This document shows positions 18,667-27,813 of a stretch of 64,000 bases of DNA, one piece after another. The DNA is from an uncultured Pseudomonadota bacterium. Lineage in GTDB: Bacteria > Pseudomonadota > Alphaproteobacteria > Acetobacterales > Acetobacteraceae. Position 1 is the first letter of the stretch. Every line of letters begins with the position of its first letter. The position numbers were made by a program, and so were the translations under genes. Under the pieces are notes generated by a model, which saw nothing but the letters and a program-made list of their open reading frames with translations, made no database searches and was not told the origin of the DNA. The DNA lies in contig CAVZSZ010000004.1 of assembly GCA_963778105.1 (NCBI GenBank), positions 18,893-82,892 of the forward strand, written 5' to 3'.

Positions 18667-19404
18667 ATGGATGTCTCGACTGTAAGCCAGACTGCTTTCG
18701 CGATGCCGTGGCGCAGTCCTGCGTTCCCTTGTGGACCTTATCGCTTCGTTCGCCGTGAATACGTCATCATAAAGTATCGCACGGATCGTGCCGCGTTGGA
18801 CCGCGTTGTACCGCCACCGCTGGAAATCGTGGACGACACGGTGAACTATGAATTCATCCGCATGCCCGACAGTACCGGTTTTGGTGACTACACCGAGTTG
18901 GGGCAGGTTATACCCGTCCGCTTCGGCGGTGAGACCGGGGGCTACGTCCACTCGATGTATTTGAACGATGAGCCGCCGATTGCCGGGGGACGGGAGCTGT
19001 GGGGGTTCCCGAAGAAGCTTGCCAATCCGTCACTCGCCATCGATCTCGATACGCTGGTCGGGACACTCGACTATGGGAAGATCCGTATTGCCATCGCGAC
19101 GATGGGCTACAAGCACCGTAGCCTTGATCACGCTGGCGTCCTAGCTTCGTTGAAGACACCTAGCTTTCTGCTGAAGATCATCCCACACGTCGACGGCACG
19201 GCGCGGGTTTGCGAGCTTGTTCGCTACTACCTGGAAGATATCACGCTGACGGGTGCCTGGACCGGGCCAGGATCCCTGGAGTTACATCCGCACGCTCTGG
19301 CGCCGGTCGCCGACCTACCGGTCCGTGAAGTAGTCTCTGCTACCCACCTGATCGCCGACCTGACGCTTGGCCTTGGTACCGTGGTGCATGACTACCGCAG
19401 CTGA
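18667..19404 (+). CDS. adc: acetoacetate decarboxylase family protein
   Basis: 245 aa with PYRF..REY..I.YRTD...L...VP.PL and ELWGFPKK motifs characteristic of the ADC family. Confidence 0.8.
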   Translation: MDVSTVSQTAFAMPWRSPAFPCGPYRFVRREYVIIKYRTDRAALDRVVPPPLEIVDDTVNYEFIRMPDSTGFGDYTELGQVIPVRFGGETGGYVHSMYLNDEPPIAGGRELWGFPKKLANPSLAIDLDTLVGTLDYGKIRIAIATMGYKHRSLDHAGVLASLKTPSFLLKIIPHVDGTARVCELVRYYLEDITLTGAWTGPGSLELHPHALAPVADLPVREVVSATHLIADLTLGLGTVVHDYRS

Positions 19405-19432
19405 GGCAACATAGAGAACGGAGGAGTGGAAG

Positions 19433-20218
19433 ATGGCGCGGTTTGACGGAAAGGTGGCACTCGTCACTGGAGCGGCAAGCGGAATCGGTAGGGAGATCGC
19501 CGCGGCGTTCGCGCGGGACGGGGCTGGCGTCGCGATCGCTGACCTCAATCTTGCGGCCGCGCGGCAGGTGGCTGCGGAAATCGGCACGAACCATGGCGTC
19601 AGGACGATGCCCGTCTCGATGGACGTTAGCGACGAGGCGCAGGTACAGAAGGGCGTTGATGGGGTGGCTGAGGCCTTCGGACGCATCGACATCCTGGTGA
19701 GCAATGCCGGCATTCAGATCGTAAAGCCAGTCCACGAGTTCTCGTTTGCGGATTGGAAGAAGCTGCTGGCAATCCATCTCGATGGGGCTTTTCTGACGAC
19801 CCGCGCTTGCCTGAAACACATGTACGGTGCGCGCGCCGGCAGCATCGTCTACATCGGTTCGGTGCATTCGAAGGAGGCCTCCAAGCTGAAGGCGCCATAC
19901 GTCACCGCAAAGCATGGACTTGTTGGGCTTTGCAGAGTTGTCGCCAAGGAAGGTGCCGCGTTTAATGTGCGGGCCAACGTGGTGTGCCCCGGCTATGTCC
20001 GCACGCCACTGGTTGACAAGCAAATTCCCGAACAGGCGAAGGCCCTCGGGATATCCGAGGCGGCCGTCATCCACGACGTCATGCTTCGGGAGACGGTCGA
20101 TGGCGAATTTACCGCATCGTCGGACATCGCCGACGCGGTGTTATATTTCGCCGGTGCCTCGACTAATGCGTTGACCGGGCAGTCGCTCGTCGTAAGCCAT
20201 GGTTGGTTCATGGAATAG
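19433..20218 (+). CDS. bdhA: 3-hydroxybutyrate dehydrogenase (SDR)
   Basis: [27 protein letters not shown] and the C-terminal SHGWFME are typical of BdhA. Confidence 0.85.
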   Translation: MARFDGKVALVTGAASGIGREIAAAFARDGAGVAIADLNLAAARQVAAEIGTNHGVRTMPVSMDVSDEAQVQKGVDGVAEAFGRIDILVSNAGIQIVKPVHEFSFADWKKLLAIHLDGAFLTTRACLKHMYGARAGSIVYIGSVHSKEASKLKAPYVTAKHGLVGLCRVVAKEGAAFNVRANVVCPGYVRTPLVDKQIPEQAKALGISEAAVIHDVMLRETVDGEFTASSDIADAVLYFAGASTNALTGQSLVVSHGWFME

Positions 20219-20639
20219 GGTCGCGAGCACCACGACGCGTGGCCCATTCCTGCCATGGTCTTAGGTCTGCTGGGGTTCCGTCCGGTGCGCGGCTGCAGCA
20301 GCGTGCACCGCCTGGATTGAGCCCTGCTGAGGCGGCCAACAAGCGCTTGCCCCAGCCGCTTCGTGTTGGCGACTGGTTGACCTGCGAATGCTTTAGCAGA
20401 ACGAAAGTCAGCCAACCTGATTGTGGTTCCGATGCATGACAGGGTTCTACTCGGCCAAGCCATGGAGATTACGGATTTCAATTCGGCGCAGTTGGAGAAG
20501 TTCAAGACATTCGATGGCATCAATGCGACGGCAATATTGCCGGCAAGCATCAATCACGTCTGACTCGCGTGCCCGTCCCATTGAGGCGGCGCAAATAACA
20601 GGCCGTGACGAGTGAGAGGAAGGGGTGGCGCCCGGAGCG

Positions 20640-20823
20640 ATTTTGTGGCGAGTGCGCTGCATCTGCAGACGGCGCTCGCGACGCATTATGCCAGGGAGAC
20701 GCCGCCGACGCCGTTCGGCTACTCACTGCGCTGCACACATCGACCAAGCTGGGCTTCAAGAACCCGAAATGGGGCGCCGCGATTGAGGTGATCGATACTT
20801 ATACCCTGGGGTATTGGGAATAG
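20640..20823 (+). pseudogene. remnant of a molybdopterin-dependent oxidoreductase (paralog of 22455-23228), frameshifted
   Basis: SALHLQTALATHYA..TPFGYSLR in one frame, then TKLGFKNPKWGAAIEVIDTYTLGYWE in another. This matches the C-terminus SALHPQTLLALQYGG..DPFGFPMRLRTAVKLGYKNPKWVTAIEVTNTYPGGFWE of the intact gene. Confidence 0.55.
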
Positions 20824-20986
20824 CGAGGCTGGACCGGTTCACGGGAGTATCGGGTAGCGGCACGGCTTATGCGACGGCGGTACAGGGCCCATTGTGGTGC
20901 CGGTGACGGCGTTGCCACTCGCACTTGGCGCTTTATATTGTGTTGGCCGACGCCGGCTCTACCAGCAACCGCGATGGGCCACCGAC

Positions 20987-21904
20987 ATGGAGCTCCACGA
21001 GATCCGCTATTTTCTTGCGCTAAGCCAGACGCTTAACTTCACGAAGGCAGCCGAGTCCTGCCATGTCAGCCAGCCGGCACTGACGCGCGCGATCCAGAAA
21101 ATGGAGGATGAACTCGGCGGTCTGCTCTTCGCCCGCGAGCGGACCAATACGCGCCTTACTGAGCTCGGCCGGCTGATAGAGCCCCATCTAATCGAGGTTA
21201 TGGAGCAGGCAAAGGAGGCGAAACACGCCGCTGCCCGCTTTCTAAAACTCGACAAGGCAAGTCTCGCGATTGGCGTTATGTGCACCATTGCGCCGGTGCA
21301 GTTTGTGAGCTTCCTCGGCCGCTTCAGATTGGAAAACCCTGGGATTGAGGTCACCCTGCTAGAGCACGTTCCCGACCGGCTGTGCGATTTGCTGTTGCGC
21401 GGAGAGTTGGATGTTGCGCTCATGGCGCGCCCTGGAGGATTTCCGGTGCCGCTCGAGGCATTCGAACTGTATACGGAGCGGTTCGTCGTCGCATGTGCTG
21501 CGGGCCATCGAATGGCGACGAAGCAAGAGATTCCAATGGCCGAGCTGGATGGAGAGTTCTATCTCTCCCGCATCAACTGCGAATTTTATGACGTGCTTGA
21601 CGATTTGTGTCGCAGTCAAGGTGCCAATCTAATCAAGTCCTATCAGAGCGAGAGAGAAGACTGGATATTGACGATGGTAGCAGCAGGGCTGGGGGTCTGT
21701 TTTCTGCCGGAATATACTGCAATATTCCCAGGGGTAATCGGATGCCCCATCGTCCGCCCTTCCGTCTCGCGCAGTGTCTGTCTTGTTACGGTGTCGGGCC
21801 GACACCAATCGCCGCCGGTCAAGGCCTTCGTCAGCGCCGTCCAGCGCCATCTCTGGCCATCGGTAAAGAAACATTCACTCGAGGAACGCAATACCCACAA
21901 GTAG
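20987..21904 (+). CDS. LysR family transcriptional regulator
   Basis: MELHEIRYFLALSQTLNFTKAAESCHVSQPALTRAIQKMEDELG wHTH domain plus a substrate-binding domain. Confidence 0.9.
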   Translation: MELHEIRYFLALSQTLNFTKAAESCHVSQPALTRAIQKMEDELGGLLFARERTNTRLTELGRLIEPHLIEVMEQAKEAKHAAARFLKLDKASLAIGVMCTIAPVQFVSFLGRFRLENPGIEVTLLEHVPDRLCDLLLRGELDVALMARPGGFPVPLEAFELYTERFVVACAAGHRMATKQEIPMAELDGEFYLSRINCEFYDVLDDLCRSQGANLIKSYQSEREDWILTMVAAGLGVCFLPEYTAIFPGVIGCPIVRPSVSRSVCLVTVSGRHQSPPVKAFVSAVQRHLWPSVKKHSLEERNTHK

Positions 21905-21983
21905 TGGGGCTCTAGCGGATGACTGTTGGAAAATTACGACGACGAGAACCCGAGCTTTTGCCATTCTGAACGAGACCAAACTG

Positions 21984-22319
21984 TTAATGCGAAGGTTTCG
22001 CTAATCCTACCCGAAGCACCGTGCCGTTGGACACCTCGGTCGTCCCCCTCGGAACGAACGTTGGGAAGCTTCTGAGTTGCTTCGGCGTATAGGCGACGAC
22101 TTCCATGTCCTTGCCAAGCAATACCATGGCATCGATCGGAACGGCGATCAGCCTTCCGCCGTAGCCATAGAAGCCTCCGAAATTCATCGCGACCATTATT
22201 TCGCCCTTGGAGTCGCGAACGACGGCTCGAACCCTGCCGAGGATGTTTTGGCTTTCGACTGGGCGCAGAACCAGCCGCTGCAGCAGATCGCCGACACGCA
22301 CGGGTTGGGGAAATCGCAT
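21984..22319 (-). CDS. PRC-barrel domain protein
   Basis: VRVGDLLQRLV......LGRVRAVV.D..G.....V..FGGFYGYGGRLIAVP pattern. A signal-peptide-like ORF lies upstream in another frame (see findings). Confidence 0.55.
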   Translation of the reverse strand: MRFPQPVRVGDLLQRLVLRPVESQNILGRVRAVVRDSKGEIMVAMNFGGFYGYGGRLIAVPIDAMVLLGKDMEVVAYTPKQLRSFPTFVPRGTTEVSNGTVLRVGLAKPSH

Positions 22320-22454
22320 CGCAGTGGATTGAGCGAGACTTCATGCCGTCAGGCGGGGGCATCCCGCCAGGCATCGGGCTCTGCGCCGCCACCGGCGCAG
22401 CCATCAGCCAGCTCAGGAAAGCAATGCCTGCTCGTCGCCAGGGTCTCATGGCGC

Positions 22455-23228
22455 CTATAGCCCCGCGAACCATGGGAAGCCCTTCGATTCCCAGAAGCCC
22501 CCCGGATAGGTATTGGTGACCTCAATTGCCGTGACCCATTTTGGATTCTTGTAGCCGAGCTTCACGGCCGTCCGCAGGCGCATCGGAAAGCCAAATGGGT
22601 CGGCAAGCATCTGGCCACCATATTGGAGTGCGAGCAGTGTCTGCGGGTGAAGTGCTGACGCCATGTCGATGCTGCCGGGGTAGTTGTCGGCAGTTTTGAA
22701 TGCGACATAGGGCGCTCTCAGGTCCGCGCCCACTCGCTCCAGGAATGTGCGGAGCGGAACCCCGGTCCATCCCCCGATGTAGCTCCAGCCTTCGACACAG
22801 ATATGCTTGATGACGATAGAGCGTTGCGGAAGCGCCTGTAGGTCCTGCAATGTCCAGGGCCGTTTGTCCTGGATCAGGCCTGCGAGCTCAAGTCGCCAGC
22901 TCATCCCGTTGACCGGTTTGATATCCGTCACGGGGTAATACGCGTTGAACTTCGGCGGCCTGAGGATCAGGGATGCGGGGTAAGTCGGCGCCAGCTTGTC
23001 GGGATTGAAAAAAGCGGCCTGTACCTTGTCGTTCAGGCGCGAGATCGCCAGAAGTGCGGCCTCCACGGATTCGGGCCGCTTCACATCGCATCCCGTCAGC
23101 ATGACGAGAGCACCAAGCGACAGGCCGCCGCGAAGCAGTCCGCGTCTTTCCAGCGATTTTATCAGCGGACGATGGAGATCGAGGACCGATGCATCAGGCG
23201 CAGCGCCGGGACGGAAAAGAGACTTCAT
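22455..23228 (-). CDS. molybdopterin-dependent oxidoreductase (sulfite oxidase / YedY-MsrP fold), exported lipoprotein-like
   Basis: RRGLLRGGLSLGALVMLTGC signal, CVEGWS motif, and a KNPKWV...GGFWE C-terminus. The ATG overlaps the stop of the cytochrome b gene (ATGA). Confidence 0.8.
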   Translation of the reverse strand: MKSLFRPGAAPDASVLDLHRPLIKSLERRGLLRGGLSLGALVMLTGCDVKRPESVEAALLAISRLNDKVQAAFFNPDKLAPTYPASLILRPPKFNAYYPVTDIKPVNGMSWRLELAGLIQDKRPWTLQDLQALPQRSIVIKHICVEGWSYIGGWTGVPLRTFLERVGADLRAPYVAFKTADNYPGSIDMASALHPQTLLALQYGGQMLADPFGFPMRLRTAVKLGYKNPKWVTAIEVTNTYPGGFWESKGFPWFAGL

Positions 23229-23905
23229 GACTTGGGGACCGTCGGAGACTGAGCATTTGGCGCAAGACGCGGGCCGCCGCCGATCATCGCCCAGATGGTC
23301 TTGGGCACAAGGAGTGCGAGAAGGACGTGGATGATGAGAAAGCCGACGATCACGCCCATGCCCGCAAAATGGAAGACCCGGGCGGACTGAAAGCCGCCGA
23401 ACAAGGTGACAAGGCCCGAGAACTGGACCGGCTTCCAAATGGCGAGGCCCGTCACTACTTGATTGATTCCGGCGAGAATAACGAGGATATAGAGGACCTT
23501 TTGCACCGCGTTGTACACGGTCAAGTCCTCATGCGCGATCTTGAAGTGGAGTGTATCTGCCACCGTGTGAATGAGGTCGCGAGGCCGGATCGGCAATAAC
23601 CGCTCGCGGAAACGGCCTGTCACGAACCCGTAGATTAGGTAGGTCAAACCGTTAATCCCGAAGAACCACATACCGGCGAAATGCCAGTTCAAGCTCCAGG
23701 CGGCCCAATCGCCCAACCGCCAGAACCCGCTGAAATGCAGCCCGTGGATGATCACGTCGTCGTCGTAGATTCCCCATCCGGAGGTGATCATGACCATCAT
23801 GACGGCCGCGTTGATCCAGTGCATTATTCTCACTGGCACCGGATGCAAGCGGGGACCCAGAGGCCGCTGTCTCCGATCTTTTCCGGCGCTCGCTTGTGTC
23901 TGCAT
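23225..23905 (-). CDS. cytochrome b-type membrane subunit (PhsC / Ni-Fe hydrogenase cytochrome b-like)
   Basis: 226 aa with 4-5 TM helices and conserved His (RIMHWINA, NWHFAGMW, IIHVLLAL). Translationally coupled to the Mo-enzyme gene. Confidence 0.7.
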   Translation of the reverse strand: MQTQASAGKDRRQRPLGPRLHPVPVRIMHWINAAVMMVMITSGWGIYDDDVIIHGLHFSGFWRLGDWAAWSLNWHFAGMWFFGINGLTYLIYGFVTGRFRERLLPIRPRDLIHTVADTLHFKIAHEDLTVYNAVQKVLYILVILAGINQVVTGLAIWKPVQFSGLVTLFGGFQSARVFHFAGMGVIVGFLIIHVLLALLVPKTIWAMIGGGPRLAPNAQSPTVPKS

Positions 23906-24032
23906 TGCTTCTTTTGACCTTAACTATGGCGGCTCTGCCGCTGGTCGGACTTGGTAACGGAAGGCCGGAGGATGGAAGGGACGTTCCGGACGGTATTACC
24001 TTCAGGACCTTAGTGAGAGCATCACCTGTCGC

Positions 24033-26165
24033 CTACATGTCACGTGATGAGCCTACGATCAGCCGGGTGGCGCGACGATAGCTAGCATAAGCCCAGAGCC
24101 AATTGAGTGTGACAGCAACGCGGTTACGGCCGCCCGCCAGAAAAAGCACATGCATCAGGCCCCAGAACCACCACGCGGGGGCGCCCCAAAGATTGAACCT
24201 CCCCACCTCCGCCACGGCCGCGAGGCGGCCGATCGTCGCCAGATTGCCGTAATGGCGGTAGCGAAAGGGTGGCGGCGCGGCTCTACCGGCAACGGCCGCC
24301 CGTATCACGCGAGCGGCGTAATGCCCTTGCTGCTTGGCCGCGGGAGCGAGTCCCGGGACCGGATTGCCGGCCCACGCGTTGCTCGCCGCCGTATCTCCGA
24401 TCGCGAAGACGCCCGGACAGCCCGCAACGGCGAGGTCTTCGCCGACGACGACCCGACCCGACCGATCACCGGCATTGCCAAGCCATCTCGCTGCGGACGA
24501 GGCTGTGACGCCGGCGGCCCAAAATGTTGTCCGCGCATGAATTCTTCCTCTGCCAATTTCAACCCCTTCGGCATCGATTTTGGTGACCGTCGCGCCTTTC
24601 AGTATCTCGACGCCGAGGCGAATGAGAGATTGCTCAGCTCGCATCGACGACCTTGCAGAGAATGTTGGCAACAGGTGTGGCGCGGACTGGACCAGGATCA
24701 CCCGTGCGGTAGCCGGGTCGATGCGGCGATAATCCCGCTCCATGCCGGTTCGCGCGAGTTCTGCCAGTGCGCCGGCCAGCTCCACCCCCGTGGGGCCGCC
24801 ACCGACCACGACAAAGGTGAGACAGGCTTTTCGGACCTCGGGATTGTCGACGTTCTCGGCCTGCTCAAATGCGCGCAGCATGCGCCCTCGCATGGCCGTC
24901 GCGTCTTCGATGCTCTTCAGACCCGGCGCCAACGGCGCCCAATCGCTGTTGCCGAAATAGCTATGCTGAGCGCCGGTCGCGAGGACGGCAAAATCGAAAG
25001 AAATGCGTGTGCCGGGCAGGATCACCTCACGCCGTTCGAGATCCAGTCCCATCACTTCATCGAGACGGACTTGGACGTTCTCCTGCCTCCGGAACAAGCT
25101 GCGAATTGGCACGGCGATGTCCGCGGGCGAAAGGGCCGCGGTCGCGACCTGATAGAGCAGCGGCTGAAACAGGAAGTGGTTCCGACGGTCGATCAATGTG
25201 ATGCGACATGCGGTAGACCGGAGCGCCCGGACGGTTGCGATGCCGCCGAACCCGCCACCGACAACCACCACGTGCGGCAGCTCATCCGCGATGATGCGCG
25301 CCGTAGCCGAACTGCCGGCAATTGCGTTCGCGACGAGCGAGTCGAGAGACAGCGGACCTGCTCCCTTCGCCGCCATGAGCAAAAGGAGAAGTGTGACACC
25401 GGCGGAATCGGGGCCGGTGCCGGCGATAGAGGCCCAGAGCGCCAAACTGCAGAACAGCAAAGCTACGGGTCGCGTGAGCAGGCCTGCTATAAAAGTCCAG
25501 GCAAGAGCGATCAGCCACCAAGGCGCTGTCAACGGATCGCCAGAGACAGGTTGAGGCCACCGCGCAACTCCTGAACCTGCGGCAATGGCAAATGCCAGAC
25601 ATACGCGCATACCGAACGGTAGTATCGCGGCCGTGAAAGCGTCCACGGCGCCGTACAGCCGCCGCATCGCGCGAATGCCCCATATGGGGATCCGGGCCAT
25701 ACCTCCCCGCAAAAGGGAATCGAGCGAAAGAGGACCTGCGCCTTGTGCCAAAAGCCAGATCAGCAGCAGGCGATGCGACCAGGATAAATCCGGCTCAAGC
25801 CCCGAAAGGCTGCTGGCAAAAAGAAGGATCAGCGCCACCGGGCGTGTCAGCAAACCGGCTGCGAGCAAAGAGGGCGGAATGCCCTGCAATATCGTGCCCC
25901 AGACGGAGGGCATCCGCGCAAGGCCTTCCGCTTGCATCATCATCATGAAGCCATGCACGAAGATTGTCTGACTGAGCCAGAAGCGGGCTGCAAGGAGCAG
26001 TCCGGCCTCGGCGACGGAACCCGAGGATACTATCCGGCGCATGCCGCGCGCGAGATGGCTCCCCAGGGATGGCAGGACGCTCCGCGCCGCTGCGATGGAC
26101 CGGAAGGCCGCCCCGAGAGCGTCCGGCGGACCGAGTGGCTGCCTTGATGGGCCGAAGCTGATCAC
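24033..26165 (-). CDS. fusion protein: two DoxX-like membrane modules plus type II NADH dehydrogenase (NDH-2)-like flavoprotein
   Basis: GAGPLSLDSL occurs twice in the first about 290 aa (the DoxX G.G..SLD motif). This is followed by VVVVGGGFGG...LIDRRNHFLFQPLLYQVAT, VVVGGGPTGVELAG and FAIGDTA, and the usual NDH-2 C-terminal amphipathic tail. Start may be MRRIV (26042). Confidence 0.8.
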   Translation of the reverse strand: MISFGPSRQPLGPPDALGAAFRSIAAARSVLPSLGSHLARGMRRIVSSGSVAEAGLLLAARFWLSQTIFVHGFMMMMQAEGLARMPSVWGTILQGIPPSLLAAGLLTRPVALILLFASSLSGLEPDLSWSHRLLLIWLLAQGAGPLSLDSLLRGGMARIPIWGIRAMRRLYGAVDAFTAAILPFGMRVCLAFAIAAGSGVARWPQPVSGDPLTAPWWLIALAWTFIAGLLTRPVALLFCSLALWASIAGTGPDSAGVTLLLLLMAAKGAGPLSLDSLVANAIAGSSATARIIADELPHVVVVGGGFGGIATVRALRSTACRITLIDRRNHFLFQPLLYQVATAALSPADIAVPIRSLFRRQENVQVRLDEVMGLDLERREVILPGTRISFDFAVLATGAQHSYFGNSDWAPLAPGLKSIEDATAMRGRMLRAFEQAENVDNPEVRKACLTFVVVGGGPTGVELAGALAELARTGMERDYRRIDPATARVILVQSAPHLLPTFSARSSMRAEQSLIRLGVEILKGATVTKIDAEGVEIGRGRIHARTTFWAAGVTASSAARWLGNAGDRSGRVVVGEDLAVAGCPGVFAIGDTAASNAWAGNPVPGLAPAAKQQGHYAARVIRAAVAGRAAPPPFRYRHYGNLATIGRLAAVAEVGRFNLWGAPAWWFWGLMHVLFLAGGRNRVAVTLNWLWAYASYRRATRLIVGSSRDM

Positions 26166-26168
26166 GAG

Positions 26169-26822
26169 TCAGGACGCGAGCGCGAGGGCGCGGGCCACAG
26201 GGCTGTCGTAGGGAATACCTGTAATGAGCTGCTTGGTAAGCAGGTTGTCAATGCCAAAGCTTCGGCCGGCCTGGGTTGCGGCGAACATCCCATGCGCGCA
26301 GATAATGCCAACGTAGGTCCAGGGCCACTCGGTCGGGTCGTTGTAGAGACCGATCAACAGATTAAGTGTGAAGAGTGCGGCGACCGTGCCCGACAGCCTC
26401 ACCATGAAGCCCAGCATAAGGGACGCGGTAAAGAAAATTTCAAGCAAATAGACGGCGGGTTGAACCAACGCGATGTGGTTGTAGAAGACTTCCATGATGG
26501 CGGCATGCCATGAAAACGAGCTGTATTTGACACTCGCACCGAGCCAGTAACGGAAGCCTGCCGAGACCGGGAACGGCAGTTTCCACAGCGTGCCCAGATA
26601 CCACATACCCGCGATCAGCACGCGCATACCGTATATGCTGACATGAGTGATGGTACGTTGACTTGGATCGCGTTTCCAGTTGACGGAGAAAACAGAGAGA
26701 CTGCCGAGCAGGATTGCCCAATAGAGCACGACGGTGAACCACCGGAGTTCCCCGAGGTGGTATTGATCCGGGATCCCTCCGGTCAAGAATTGGAAAAACG
26801 TATGGATCGGATTGTCAGGCAT
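26169..26822 (-). CDS. DoxX/DoxD-like integral membrane protein
   Basis: 217 aa with about 5 TM helices. Its stop lies 3 nt before the fusion gene start. The assignment is tentative. Confidence 0.5.
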   Translation of the reverse strand: MPDNPIHTFFQFLTGGIPDQYHLGELRWFTVVLYWAILLGSLSVFSVNWKRDPSQRTITHVSIYGMRVLIAGMWYLGTLWKLPFPVSAGFRYWLGASVKYSSFSWHAAIMEVFYNHIALVQPAVYLLEIFFTASLMLGFMVRLSGTVAALFTLNLLIGLYNDPTEWPWTYVGIICAHGMFAATQAGRSFGIDNLLTKQLITGIPYDSPVARALALAS

Positions 26823-26832
26823 AACTTTTACC

Positions 26833-27003
26833 TTACGAAGTGATAGACGCGCTGGCGGTCGTGCCCTTTAACCCATCCTGCTCAATCACCGACGGCAGCT
26901 TGCCTTTGGCGAAGAACTCCCGTTCGATGAAGTCGAGCCACGGGGACTGGCCGAACTGTTCGAAGGTCTTCAGCGGATTGGACGTCTCGGTCGCAATGTC
27001 CAT
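26833..27003 (-). pseudogene. transaldolase N-terminal remnant
   Basis: NPLKTFEQFGQSPWLDFIEREFFAKGKLPSVIEQDGLKG matches the transaldolase N-terminus, then stops after 56 codons. Confidence 0.5.
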
Positions 27004-27813
27004 GGTCACTCTTCGAAAAGAAGAAGATTTGTCGCTGACCAAAGTCGCCCAAGCCATGCACCGCCGTCCAATACCCTCTCTGAATGGTCTCGATAACCAG
27101 GACACGCTCGCCGGTCATCTATGTCTGGAATGATTGCGCAACGTGATTGCGGCGATACCTACAGAGACCGCCCATCGCGCGTTACCGAGACTAGGTGTGA
27201 GGACATCCGCTTGGCGCCCTAGCGATGGCCCGGCGCTCCCGCGTTCACCAGGAGGCGGGCAAAATACCGCGCGATAATCTGGGTGAGTGGGACAGCTAAC
27301 GATCAGTGGGGTTCCCAATCACTGCGTTGCTGCTGGAGGGACCCGACTTCGCCTGGTCCAAGAAACCGCCAGACAGCCAACCTCCGACCCCAGCATCGTT
27401 GAAATGAGTATCTTGGAACGGTACGTTTGCGTGAGCGGCTGGATGGTCTGCAGCGTTGAGAGCTACTGCCAGCTTGACCATGGGCGGTCGCCGGCCGCTG
27501 GGATCCACCTCGCGATCGATGGCAAAGATGTGGACCTGCGGAGGTGTGGCCGGGATCAGTGGCGGCAGGACAAACGTGTGTGCCATACAGTGTCGAATCC
27601 TGACTCCCGATCTGGAGTGCACCCCTGCGGGTGGACGAGATCAAACCGCCGTTTTGACCGTCTCCTGGCCGTTCCACCTAGAAAACGGAGCTATAGTCCT
27701 TCCATTGAATGGGAGACTGCCTCCCAAACTCGACCGCTACCTGGCCACGCCAGAACCACCCACACTGGTTGTCAATCAGGGCGGTTGGTGCCGCTAATTC
27801 AAAGGGTCCAGTG

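Noticed and set aside
27296-27622. 108-aa minus-strand ORF (MAHTFVLPPLIPATPPQVHIFAIDREV...) in the gap between the transaldolase stump and hydrolase 1
   Set aside because: It has plausible composition, but no recognisable family, a weak ribosome-binding site, and competing overlapping ORFs in three frames. Left uncalled.
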